Positions 29,163-38,869 of a DNA stretch of 64,000 nt are shown here, one piece after another. The first letter of the stretch is position 1. Every line of letters starts with the position of its first letter. Location: positions 2,240,001 through 2,304,000 of the forward strand of contig OZ242010.1 in the NCBI GenBank assembly GCA_965204745.1. The letters are read 5' to 3'. A program made the translations under genes and the position numbers. Source of the DNA: Candidatus Latescibacterota bacterium. Its GTDB lineage: Bacteria > Latescibacterota > UBA2968. The notes below the pieces were generated by a model. The model worked only from the letters and a program-made list of their open reading frames with translations, did no database searches and was not told the DNA's origin.

Positions 29163-29768
29163 TCAGGCGAGGTACAAATTGCGGATGCGATCCAATGTCC
29201 GTTTCAAACTGACAGATGCAGAAGCAGCGCGTTCCAAATTCCAATGATCGCGCACGAACTCGGCAAAACGCGCGTTAAATCCCGTGCCGACTTTCGCGGT
29301 AGTCGCGCTCGGGGCGGGAACCAATTCGCGCTTTAATTTTGTTTTTCTACTCCTTCGCGCAAGCGAAACGAGAAACTCTTTGGGATTTTCTATGCGGTCA
29401 GTGCTTTGCGGAATCCGATTGAGAGGTATCGACAGAAATTCCGCGATGCCCCTGCGATCTGCCATAATCCAAGATTCGATTTCCACGACCGCAACGCGAA
29501 AAATGAACCCAGAGTTTAGAGGCACGCCAACCCAAGATTGAATGAGTTTTGACGGACAATTTTGGAGAGAATCCAAATCCGTCAACAGAAAGACATTGTA
29601 AAACCCCCTGGCTACTTGGTTGAGTCCGGGGGCTTTTTGTTGGAGATAAGAATTTCCCTTATATCCAATTCTCTGTGCGATTTCGAGACCGAAGTATTCG
29701 AGAATTTTAGTCGAAACCGCATCGCTGAGTCTATCCTCAACAGCGAGGATGAAGGGTTCTGATCTCAT
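29163..29768 (-). CDS. DUF4276-like TOPRIM-fold protein
   Basis: AVED, LTDLD, EIESWIMAD and NPKE motifs; ATGA overlap with the upstream ATPase. Confidence 0.65.
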   Translation of the reverse strand: MRSEPFILAVEDRLSDAVSTKILEYFGLEIAQRIGYKGNSYLQQKAPGLNQVARGFYNVFLLTDLDSLQNCPSKLIQSWVGVPLNSGFIFRVAVVEIESWIMADRRGIAEFLSIPLNRIPQSTDRIENPKEFLVSLARRSRKTKLKRELVPAPSATTAKVGTGFNARFAEFVRDHWNLERAASASVSLKRTLDRIRNLYLA

Positions 29769-30925
29769 TCCAATAAACTCAACTGTTCGGCCCGCTCGGG
29801 TCGGGTTCTCGGCAACACGGCTTCACCCACTGTAAAACCCGCCTCGAGAAGTGTTCGCACGGCATCGATGTCAGAGGCGATTTGTACTTCTGTGCCCTCT
29901 CGCGCCGCTGTGAGCAACAGCACTTCCCCGCCATCAATGCCCTGTTCCGTAAGCAGGGCATCGCTATGCGTGCTCACAAAGACCTGTGGCCGCCTGTTTC
30001 TTTGCATTCGGGAAATAAAAGGCGCGATTTGAGAAACGATTCCCGCATTCAATGACAACTCTGGCTCTTCTAATAAGAGCACGGAGTCGCTGTCGAGGAG
30101 AGACCACAACAAGCCCATAAGCCGGAGCGTCCCGTCGGAGAATTGGTCTTCGCGTTGCAACCCCGCATTGGGCCGCCAGTGGGAATAAAGGGCTTGCAAA
30201 TGAGGCCGCCCCGTGATTTCATCGCGGATAAATTCCAACTGATCGAGTTGGGGCACGGCAATTTTGAGGGCGCGTTCAATTTTTTGCAGGCGGGAACGGC
30301 GCGTCCTTTCCGTGACTCTGGCAAGCCTTTCCAAAAACCCTTGCCCAAAGGGATCTTCTTCGACAACCCTGCCCTGAATCGAATCGGCAAATCGCAAGAG
30401 TTGAGGCACCAGATGCAAATAGGTCATGGCTTGAAAAAACCGCACGAGTTCCCGAAAATCCGCATTGACATTGATTTGCTCGAGAAAAGTCTGCGTGAGG
30501 CGATCCCTGTCCGATTCGTCGCCCGCATCTGGCCTATCGAGAATTTGTTGACCCTCTTTCCACAGGCGTTCATAAGTGAGAAAGGGCTGGCGATACCCAC
30601 GGGGTTCTTGGCGAATCCCGATTGCATATCGCCAGGCGTCAGGCGCGTCTGCGTTGTCCGCGAGGTGAATTTCAATGGCGATTTCCGGATCTTGCCGCGC
30701 CGCCAAATTTCGGATTTTAGATACGCCCCCGCGGTCTTTGACCGCTTTTTGCAAGCCGCCCCCTTCGGCCTTGACGACATCTCGAAGAAAGCGAAAAATG
30801 TCGAGGAGATTGGATTTCCCCGACGCATTCGCGCCTACGATGAACTGGCGTTCGCGCAAGCGCGCATCGATGTGCCGAAAATTGCGCCAGTTTTTTGCGA
30901 TGAGACGCTTGATCATCATAGCCAC
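29765..30925 (-). CDS. ABC-type ATPase (AAA_21/AAA_15-like)
   Basis: KNWRNF, GANASGKSN, FSDGT, LLLEEPE and STHS; no membrane partner. Confidence 0.85.
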   Translation of the reverse strand: MAMMIKRLIAKNWRNFRHIDARLRERQFIVGANASGKSNLLDIFRFLRDVVKAEGGGLQKAVKDRGGVSKIRNLAARQDPEIAIEIHLADNADAPDAWRYAIGIRQEPRGYRQPFLTYERLWKEGQQILDRPDAGDESDRDRLTQTFLEQINVNADFRELVRFFQAMTYLHLVPQLLRFADSIQGRVVEEDPFGQGFLERLARVTERTRRSRLQKIERALKIAVPQLDQLEFIRDEITGRPHLQALYSHWRPNAGLQREDQFSDGTLRLMGLLWSLLDSDSVLLLEEPELSLNAGIVSQIAPFISRMQRNRRPQVFVSTHSDALLTEQGIDGGEVLLLTAAREGTEVQIASDIDAVRTLLEAGFTVGEAVLPRTRPERAEQLSLLE

Positions 30926-30955
30926 GACCTCCCGATTGGAGTTGGATTTTCTTTT

Positions 30956-32674
30956 TTATTGTGTCACGCTCATGTACCCGATCAGCATTTCGTCAAAACT
31001 CTGCTCGCCCCAGCGGACCGTTGCAGAGGGATCGGGGTTCAATTTGTTTTTCGCCGAGTTATCAAAGACCGCATGGCTGACCACGCGCGTGCCGGCCGGG
31101 AGGGATTTGGGGGTTGCAAGCGTGTAAAATCGTTGCCAGTTGAACGTGTAATTCGGCACGGAAAGGAGGGTCTCGTGGCTACCATCCGGGTAGTGGGCCA
31201 CATAGCGGAAGCCCGCGCCGCGAAAGTGCATGTGGGGAAAGAGGCTGTAAAGCGTGACGTCCGTTTTGAAAATTTTGACAGACGAATCCCGGTGCGCGCT
31301 GGCATGGGGCGGGATTTTGATTTTCGGATTGGCCGGGCCGACCACGATGTTTTCCCGCAAATTTTGGGCGTCTGTAAAATACAGGCCCAACGCGCTCTCA
31401 TCCACTTCCGGCCGCCCCGTGGTCGTGTAGTGGAGTTGAAACTGAATTTTACTCCCCGCGGGTAACAACCGCGCCGTGCCCTCGGGCAACATCACCCCGT
31501 CCATGCCCGGTACATACGAGGCAAAAATACCGTCTAACCAGCGGTTCTCCGCGGGCTTCATCTCGTGGTTTTTGGGATAGATCACCCGCGCCAAGGCGTG
31601 GTGCATCGCCGTGGGATTGCCCGGCAAAAACTCCGTGCCGCGCACCCACACATCGCGGTCGATAGGCACGGTCATTTTGAGATACCGGTAATCCACAATG
31701 CCGGTTGCCGGGACTTCTTGGCGGGCCAACGCCATGACCAAATCCGGTTGCCCATACGCCCAAGTCGTGGCGTGCGTGGGATTGTCAGCCAAGGGATCAC
31801 CCCCCTCCCCACGCGGCGCGCCGGCTTCTATCCAATGGATGAGGGTTTGTTCTTCGGGAATGCCGAGCGACATGTCATTGCTAAACGTGCCGAAGTGCGG
31901 GTCCGCGTGCCACGGGGGCATGCGCCGGGTTCGCACCACCTCGCGCATCATCGGCGCCCAGCCCGCGATGTCTTTGTACTCGGTCATATCAAACGGGGCA
32001 ATGCCGCCGGATCGGTGACAGGGCACGCATTTTTGTTGCAAAATGGGCGCGACCTCTCGGGCGTAGGAAATCCGCTCGTGTCTCGCCTTGTCTTTGCCCG
32101 GCAAGGCGATGAGGCAACCGGGCGATGCGATGGCTTTGCGGACGATTTCCCCGCCTGCGAGATGGGCGCGCAGGGCATCGGCGAGATAATGCGCGGACGC
32201 GCTCGGCTTTTGCGCTTCGTAATGCAGGCGATCATCGATCGGCCCTCGGTACGCGACTCGCCACGTCTTGGGATCGATCAGGATGGCCTCAGCCGTGCGG
32301 CGCAATTCGAGCGATTCCGCGACGAGTTGCGCTTCGTCAACGAGGATAGGATAGTCGAGCGAGAACGCCTCGGCTTCTCGGCGGATGCGTTCGCGGTCGT
32401 CCTGCAAATTGGCATTGAGCATGAAAAACCGCACGCCCTTGGGCGCGTACTCATCGCGCAGCGCGTTGAGGCTATGCACGGCATTGCGAACGATGGGACA
32501 CCCATTGCCCTGCACGAACAAGACAATCGCAGCAGCATCCGCATGCGCGTAAAGCGTGTGAAACTCGCCCCGCTGGTCATACAAGCCAAAATCGTCGACG
32601 ACGATATCCGCGGATTGCGGCGGTTCGAGGGTCGCGCACCCGAAAAGAAAAAGAATGAAAAACAGGTATTTCAT
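30956..32674 (-). CDS. Lipoprotein: redoxin domain + c-type heme motif + copper type II monooxygenase-like domain
   Basis: Lipobox LFGC; GCP and YRGPIDD (redoxin); CVPCH and MPPW; MHH, QLHY, PHMH and DEM. Confidence 0.75.
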   Translation of the reverse strand: MKYLFFILFLFGCATLEPPQSADIVVDDFGLYDQRGEFHTLYAHADAAAIVLFVQGNGCPIVRNAVHSLNALRDEYAPKGVRFFMLNANLQDDRERIRREAEAFSLDYPILVDEAQLVAESLELRRTAEAILIDPKTWRVAYRGPIDDRLHYEAQKPSASAHYLADALRAHLAGGEIVRKAIASPGCLIALPGKDKARHERISYAREVAPILQQKCVPCHRSGGIAPFDMTEYKDIAGWAPMMREVVRTRRMPPWHADPHFGTFSNDMSLGIPEEQTLIHWIEAGAPRGEGGDPLADNPTHATTWAYGQPDLVMALARQEVPATGIVDYRYLKMTVPIDRDVWVRGTEFLPGNPTAMHHALARVIYPKNHEMKPAENRWLDGIFASYVPGMDGVMLPEGTARLLPAGSKIQFQLHYTTTGRPEVDESALGLYFTDAQNLRENIVVGPANPKIKIPPHASAHRDSSVKIFKTDVTLYSLFPHMHFRGAGFRYVAHYPDGSHETLLSVPNYTFNWQRFYTLATPKSLPAGTRVVSHAVFDNSAKNKLNPDPSATVRWGEQSFDEMLIGYMSVTQ

Positions 32675-32698
32675 AAAAAAACTCCTTATGCCCATTTT

Positions 32699-33100
32699 GA
32701 CGTTACGCGCAGATTAAAATGTGTTGCTTGCTGATTTAATGCGTTTGGTCCTTTGATGGCTTAGGTTGCTCTGATGGCGTTTTGCGAGGGGACCTATCCC
32801 CCGGCCCCTTTCCTACGAGGAAAGGGGAGTAAAGCTCCTTTGATGGCTTATATCAATGGCTGTTTTTAAGAGCGTTGCGCGAGGGCATAAAGCGATTGAA
32901 AATCCCTCATCAATCCCCTCGCAAAACCGCTCACAGTTCCCCCCCTTCCTCGCAGGAAGGGGGGTTAGGGGGGTAGGTCCCGATAAGGAGCGACTATTCC
33001 AGTTTCTCAAACCGAGAGCATATTCTGCGATAGAGCTTGATTTTCTCGATAAACCGCTCAAGCCAGTTGCTTTGCTCGTAAATGTCCTTTCTGTCAATAC
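32699..33100. mobile_element. Composite repeat: family A left part + family B palindromes + IS5 transposase 3' remnant
   Basis: TGACGTTACGC end; two B units; the minus strand encodes KDIYEQSNWLERFIEKIKLYRRICSRFEKL. Confidence 0.7.
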
Positions 33101-33984
33101 CCCTCATTACGCAACAACTCCAGCACCCGGTCGAGGTCGTCGTTGCTGTAAAATTCGATTTCAATTTTTCCCTTGGACCCCCTGCGGTTGATGTTGACGG
33201 ACGTGCCAAAATAACGTTGGAGGTCTTCTTCCAGCGACAGCAGGTTGGGGTCTTTGTTCGGCGTGGGCTTCTTTTTGTTCGCCTTTTCTTTTAAGGCTTT
33301 GACGATAGTCTCTGTGCGCCGAACCGACAGCCCCTGCGCCATGATCTGCTCGCACAGCGCGATTTGCTGATCCGCATTGTCGAGTCCGAGCAAGGTGCGG
33401 GCGTGACCCGCGGATATTTGCCCGGCTTGCAGGGCATCGAGAACCTCGGCTGCCAATGCGAGGAGGCGCAAGGTATTGGCAATGGTGGAGCGGTCCTTGC
33501 CCACGCGCTGTGCGACCTCGTCCTGCGTGAGAAAACACTCGTCGATGAGCATGCGATAGGCTTTGGCTTCTTCGATGGGGTTGAGATTTTCCCGCTGGAT
33601 ATTTTCGATCAGCGAGAGCTCCATCATTTCTTGATCCGTCCCCACATCCATCACAATCGCGGGCACGACCGCGCACTCGGCCTGACGCGCAGCGCGAAAC
33701 CGCCGCTCGCCCGCGATCAACTGATAGCCCGATCCATACCGCCGCACGGCAATGGGCTGGAGAATGCCCTTCTCCCGAATCGATTGTGCCAGTTCGCTCA
33801 CGGCTTTGGGATCGAAATCCGTGCGCGGTTGATGCGGATTCGGTTCGATCTCATCGATGGGGATTTCCAAAATTTGCCGATGGCCCTGCGCCGCGTGAGA
33901 CGGATGGCTCTCCGCGATAGCGGTGTCCGCGGCGCCGGGAATGAGCGCACCCAAACCCTTGCCTAGGGCAGTGCGTTTAGCCAT
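33094..33984 (-). CDS. parB: Chromosome partitioning protein ParB
   Basis: [30 protein letters not shown] and ENIQRENL; HTH. Confidence 0.95.
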   Translation of the reverse strand: MAKRTALGKGLGALIPGAADTAIAESHPSHAAQGHRQILEIPIDEIEPNPHQPRTDFDPKAVSELAQSIREKGILQPIAVRRYGSGYQLIAGERRFRAARQAECAVVPAIVMDVGTDQEMMELSLIENIQRENLNPIEEAKAYRMLIDECFLTQDEVAQRVGKDRSTIANTLRLLALAAEVLDALQAGQISAGHARTLLGLDNADQQIALCEQIMAQGLSVRRTETIVKALKEKANKKKPTPNKDPNLLSLEEDLQRYFGTSVNINRRGSKGKIEIEFYSNDDLDRVLELLRNEGY

Positions 33985-34738
33985 TGATGACCTCCCCGGC
34001 CAAGTTCATGTAATTTTGCGCGCCGGCCGACAGAATATCGTAGAGGATGATGGGTTTGCCAAAGCTAGGGGCTTCGCCGAGTTTGACGTTGCGCGTGATC
34101 ACCGTGTTGTACACGCGGTCTCCAAAGTGCGATTTGGTCTCTGCGGCCACTTGGCGCGACAAGTTGAGGCGACCGTCGTACATGGTGAGCAAAACGCCTT
34201 CGATAGTGAGGTGATGGTTGAGGTGCTGCTGTACGAGGCGCAAGGTGTTGAGCAACTTGCTCAATCCCTCGAGCGCGTAGTACTCGCATTGGATGGGGAT
34301 GAGCACGGAATCGGCGGCGGTCAGCGCGTTGAGCGTGAGCAACCCGAGCGAGGGCGGGCAGTCGATGATGATGAAATCATACGTGTTGCACGCAGGTGCG
34401 AGGGCGGTTTTGAGGCGTTGTTCCCGCGAAATCACAGACACCATCTCCACTTCCGCACCCGTCAGGCGAATGTGCGAGGGCGCGATGCCGAGAAAGGGCA
34501 ACTCGCTCTGGCTGATCACCTCCGACAAGGGCACGTCATCGAGGAGCACCTCGTACACGCAGGGCGTCTGGTCATCCACCACAATGCCGCACCCGCTAGA
34601 CGCATTGGCTTGCGGGTCCAAGTCGAGCAACAGGGTTTTCTTTTCCGCAGCGGCCAAACACGCCGCCAAGTTGACGGCCGTCGTGGTCTTGCCCACGCCG
34701 CCTTTCTGATTGGCTATGGCTATGATGCGAGCAGGCAT
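33977..34738 (-). CDS. parA: Chromosome partitioning ATPase ParA/Soj
   Basis: [35 protein letters not shown] and EAPSFG; ATG 34738. Confidence 0.95.
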   Translation of the reverse strand: MPARIIAIANQKGGVGKTTTAVNLAACLAAAEKKTLLLDLDPQANASSGCGIVVDDQTPCVYEVLLDDVPLSEVISQSELPFLGIAPSHIRLTGAEVEMVSVISREQRLKTALAPACNTYDFIIIDCPPSLGLLTLNALTAADSVLIPIQCEYYALEGLSKLLNTLRLVQQHLNHHLTIEGVLLTMYDGRLNLSRQVAAETKSHFGDRVYNTVITRNVKLGEAPSFGKPIILYDILSAGAQNYMNLAGEVING

Positions 34739-34910
34739 AATGAAATCCCGTAAATTCACAACGACGTTCAAAGTCGAAAAAATATAGGTTAAGCACGGGG
34801 AAAAATCAAGCGCGGGCATAACGCCCCAACTTGACACACACACCCCAAAATCGGGGATATTGAGATGAGATTGACAACTTGACAAAAACGCGGAGAAAGG
34901 AGCGTTTGTC

Positions 34911-35557
34911 GTGACCGATTTGAGCAGAGAGACCGCCGCTTACAAATACAACCCAATGGCAACATGGGATGATGACGTAACTGTGCCCAAGTTCAAAGAG
35001 CGCAAGACCACTCAGGTCGCGGCATTGCTCGCGCAGAATTGCAGCGGGGAAATCGATCTTTACAAGTTGGTTAAGCTCATCTATCTCATCGACCGAGAAA
35101 CCCTGAAGTGTTGGGGCCGACCAGTGACTTTTGATCGCCCGTTCAACCTTCCTTTGGGGCCAACGCCGAGCGCGACTTATGATATGGTTCGTCATCCAGC
35201 GAAAGGGCGGTATTGGTCTTCGTCATCATCTCTCTGTCCAGAGATCCCGAGCGCCATGTCTTCGCAGCTCCTCAGCACAACGTCATTAGATTGATCTCGC
35301 CCGATACGGGTGTTGATGAACTCTCTCAAGCCGAGATCGACTTGGTGCAAGAGGTCTTTCGAGAATTTGGACACAAAAGTTTTGGGGAATTGAAAAGTTA
35401 CGTACACGCTTTGCCCGAATTTAGGGATCCGGGCGAATCGTCTGAACCTATAGGATGGGATACATTACTCCGCGCAGTGGGCTGGAAAGGCGAGGATTTA
35501 GAAGAGATCAAACGAGAACTTGAAGCGAGTGCTAAATTTGAAAGCGCGATTGGATAA
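34911..35557 (+). pseudogene. Panacea (DUF4065/SocA-like) protein split by a frameshift
   Basis: KLVKLIYLIDR...GPTPS in one frame and ELSQAEIDLVQEVFREFG...HALPEF in another; switch at about 35215-35240. Confidence 0.65.
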
Positions 35558-35655
35558 ACATGGATTTGGCAGGCACATGCGTCATTCATCACAACAAACG
35601 CCCGCTCTCTCATGCGAAAGCGGGCACTGTTGTTTTTTTGGAATGAGAGATGAAC

Positions 35656-38289
35656 TTACTCTGCCAGCGCGGCGTGGGCCGCGGCGAGGCGGGCGATAGG
35701 CACGCGGAAGGGCGAGCAGGAGACGTAGTCCATGCCGATATTGTGGCAGAAATGCACAGAGGCAGGGTCCCCGCCGTGTTCGCCGCAGATGCCCACCTTG
35801 AGGTCTGCGCGGGCATGGCGACCGGTTTGCGTGCCGAGTTTGACGAGTTGCCCCACGCCGGTTTGGTCGAGGGTTTGGAAGGGATCGTTTTCCAAAATGC
35901 CCTTCTCCACGTATTCGCCCAGGAATTTGCCCGCGTCGTCGCGCGAGTACCCATAGGTCATCTGCGTGAGGTCGTTGGTGCCAAAGGAAAAAAAGTGTGC
36001 GTGTTCCGCAATCTCCGCAGCGGTGAGGGCCGCGCGGGGAATCTCGATCATCGTGCCCACCAAATACGAGACGCATGTGCCCGTCTCTCTCGCCACGTCG
36101 CGGGCCACGCGATCCGTCATCTCCTTGAGTTCGGTGAACTCCTTGACCGCGCCAACCAGGGGAATCATGATCTCGGGAACGGCTTTGTCCCCCACATTCG
36201 CGGCGGCTTCCAAAATGGCGCGCACCTGCATCTCGTAAATTTCCGGATAGGTAATGCCCAACCGACACCCGCGATGCCCGAGCATGGGGTTAAATTCATC
36301 GAGGGACTCGACCTTGTCTTGAATGACGCGCAAAGACGTATCCAGGCGCCGCGCCATTTCGCGTTGCTGATCGCTCTCGTGCGGCAAAAACTCGTGCAGG
36401 GGCGGGTCGAGCAGGCGAACGGTCACGGGCAACCCGGCCATCGCATTGAAAATCCCCTCAAAATCGCCGCGCTGAATGGGCAACAATTTTTCCAAAGCGC
36501 GGCGGCGCCCCGCTTCGTCATCCGCCAAAATCATCTCGCGCACGATATTGATGCGGTCGCCTTCAAAAAACATGTGCTCGGTGCGGCACAGGCCAATGCC
36601 CTCGGCGCCAAACTCGCGGGCAACCGCTGAATCGCGTGGCGTGTCCGCATTGGTACGCACCTCGAGGTTGCGAATCTCGTCTGCCCAGGCCATCAACGTG
36701 GCAAAATCGCCCGAAAGCTCCGGCTCTTGCGTGGGCACGCGACCGAGCATCACTTCGCCCGTCGAACCGTCTATCGAGACCCAGTCCCCGGCTTTGACGA
36801 CCACATCGCGGACCGCAAACTGATTCGCGTTGTAATCAATCGCCAAATCGCCGCAGCCGGCCACGCAACACTTGCCCATGCCGCGCGCCACCACAGCGGC
36901 GTGAGAGGTCATGCCCCCGCGCGCCGTGAGAATGCCCTGCGCGGCGTTCATGCCCCCAATGTCTTCGGGCGACGTTTCGAGGCGCACCAACAAAACCCGT
37001 TCGCCCTGTGCCGCGGCTTCTTCGGCTTCTTCGGCGAGAAAAACGACTTTGCCCGAGGCCGCGCCCGGGGACGCGGGCAAGCCCACGGCCAGCACCTGTC
37101 GTTCGGCGTTGGGGTCGAAGGTGGGATGCAGGAGTTGGTCGAGTTGCCCCGGTTCGACGCGCTGCACGGCTTCCCGTTGCGTAATCAATCCCTCCCCGAC
37201 CATGTCGACGGCAATTTTCACCGCGGCGGCGGCGGTGCGCTTGCCATTGCGGGTTTGCAACATCCACAACTTGCTCTGTTGCACAGTAAATTCGATATCC
37301 TGCATATCGCGGTAGTGCTTTTCCAGCGTTTGATAAATGCCCTCAAGGGTCTGATACGCGCCGGGCAACTCGCGCGCCATTTTCGCCACCGGCTCGGGCG
37401 TCCGCACGCCTGCGACCACGTCCTCGCCCTGGGCATTGGTGAGAAACTCGCCGTAAAATGCGTTTTCACCCGTGGAGGGATCGCGGGTAAATGCAACCCC
37501 GGTGGCGCAGTCGTCGCCCATGTTGCCATAGACCATCGCCTGCACATTGACCGCCGTGCCCCAGTCTGCGGGAATATCGTTCAGCCTGCGATAGGTAATC
37601 GCGCGATCCGCCTGCCACGAGCCGAACACCGCGCCAATCCCGCCCCAGAGTTGCTCCACCGGGTCCGTGGGAAAATCTCGCCCCGTGCGGTTTCGGACGA
37701 TGGCTTTGAACATGTCAACCAGCGTCTTGAGATCATCCACTGTCATGTCGAGGTCGTCTTCAATGCCGCGCTTTTTCTTGACTTCATCAATGGCGACTTC
37801 AAAGGGGTCCAACTCCCTGCCTTCTGCGGCCACGCCCATCACCACATCGCCATACGTCTGAATAAACCGGCGATAGGAGTCCCATCCAAAGCGCGGGTTG
37901 TCGGTGCGGGCGATGAGACCTTCGGTGATCGCGTCATTGAGGCCCAGGTTGAGCACGGTCTCCATCATGCCGGGCATGGAAACGCGCGCGCCCGACCGCA
38001 CGGACAAGAGCAACGGGTTTGCCGCATCCCCGAATTTGCCGCCCATCACCTGCTCGATTTTGGACACATTGTCCAACACCTGTGCTTTGAGCGCGGGGGG
38101 ATAGGTTTCGCCGTGGTCGTAGTAATACGTACACACTTCGGTGGTGATGGTGAACCCGGCCGGCACCGGAATGCCCAAACCCGACATCTCTGCCAGATTC
38201 GCGCCCTTGCCACCGAGCAAGTTCCGCATGTCCGCCGCGCCTTCGGCCTTGCCATCGCCAAAAAAATAAACGTACTTTTCGTTCGCCAT
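35656..38289 (-). CDS. ppdK: Pyruvate, phosphate dikinase
   Basis: [43 protein letters not shown] and GICGEHGG. Confidence 0.97.
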   Translation of the reverse strand: MANEKYVYFFGDGKAEGAADMRNLLGGKGANLAEMSGLGIPVPAGFTITTEVCTYYYDHGETYPPALKAQVLDNVSKIEQVMGGKFGDAANPLLLSVRSGARVSMPGMMETVLNLGLNDAITEGLIARTDNPRFGWDSYRRFIQTYGDVVMGVAAEGRELDPFEVAIDEVKKKRGIEDDLDMTVDDLKTLVDMFKAIVRNRTGRDFPTDPVEQLWGGIGAVFGSWQADRAITYRRLNDIPADWGTAVNVQAMVYGNMGDDCATGVAFTRDPSTGENAFYGEFLTNAQGEDVVAGVRTPEPVAKMARELPGAYQTLEGIYQTLEKHYRDMQDIEFTVQQSKLWMLQTRNGKRTAAAAVKIAVDMVGEGLITQREAVQRVEPGQLDQLLHPTFDPNAERQVLAVGLPASPGAASGKVVFLAEEAEEAAAQGERVLLVRLETSPEDIGGMNAAQGILTARGGMTSHAAVVARGMGKCCVAGCGDLAIDYNANQFAVRDVVVKAGDWVSIDGSTGEVMLGRVPTQEPELSGDFATLMAWADEIRNLEVRTNADTPRDSAVAREFGAEGIGLCRTEHMFFEGDRINIVREMILADDEAGRRRALEKLLPIQRGDFEGIFNAMAGLPVTVRLLDPPLHEFLPHESDQQREMARRLDTSLRVIQDKVESLDEFNPMLGHRGCRLGITYPEIYEMQVRAILEAAANVGDKAVPEIMIPLVGAVKEFTELKEMTDRVARDVARETGTCVSYLVGTMIEIPRAALTAAEIAEHAHFFSFGTNDLTQMTYGYSRDDAGKFLGEYVEKGILENDPFQTLDQTGVGQLVKLGTQTGRHARADLKVGICGEHGGDPASVHFCHNIGMDYVSCSPFRVPIARLAAAHAALAE

Positions 38290-38411
38290 TGCATCCTCCA
38301 AAAGGGTTCATATCGAGGCACAATCATGTGCCGAGGTCAGGTCAAAACATATAACAGCACAAAAAAACGAGCAAGGATTTTGTGAAAAAGAAAAGGCAAA
38401 GCAACCACATA

Positions 38412-38861
38412 ATACCAATTTGATTTGATTTTATATCCGCATCCTGCCTCATATCAGGGATGAATGAGGAACAGACATTGCTTGTCTAAAGCGTTTAGCC
38501 CTAAAGCCTCGTTGGTTGCCTTTGATGCCTTCGGCGACTTACTTTTTTTCAACAGCAAAAAAAGTAAGCGAGCGGGGTACAACTGCCCCAGCAGTTCAAA
38601 AATGCCGCTCTCAAACGCCGAGAGGCTTGCACAGCGCAAATCGCTTTTGTAACAGGACGATATGCGCCGGCCTGCAAAGTGGGTTGCATAATGGATGTTG
38701 GTTGCGAGACGGCCTTGCGCGCTGTGCGTGATGGCTTTAGCTGATGGTCTTTTGCGATGGCATGGTTGCGATGGCTTCTCTAAATGACTGCGGAACGCAA
38801 GGGTATCACGGACTAGTAGCATACCGCATCACATTAGGACAATAACAATTCAATTTGGTAT
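38412..38861. mobile_element. Family A MITE copy bounded by ATACCAA(T/A)TTGA inverted repeats
   Basis: ATACCAATTTGA (38412) / TCAATTTGGTAT (38850-38861) around the shared core; contains a ~28-bp insertion near 38570. Confidence 0.75.
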
Positions 38862-38869
38862 AAGAACGC

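Noticed and set aside
33094-34738. Plasmid or prophage partition cassette
   Set aside because: The sequences are typical chromosomal Soj/Spo0J, with no rep or phage genes nearby
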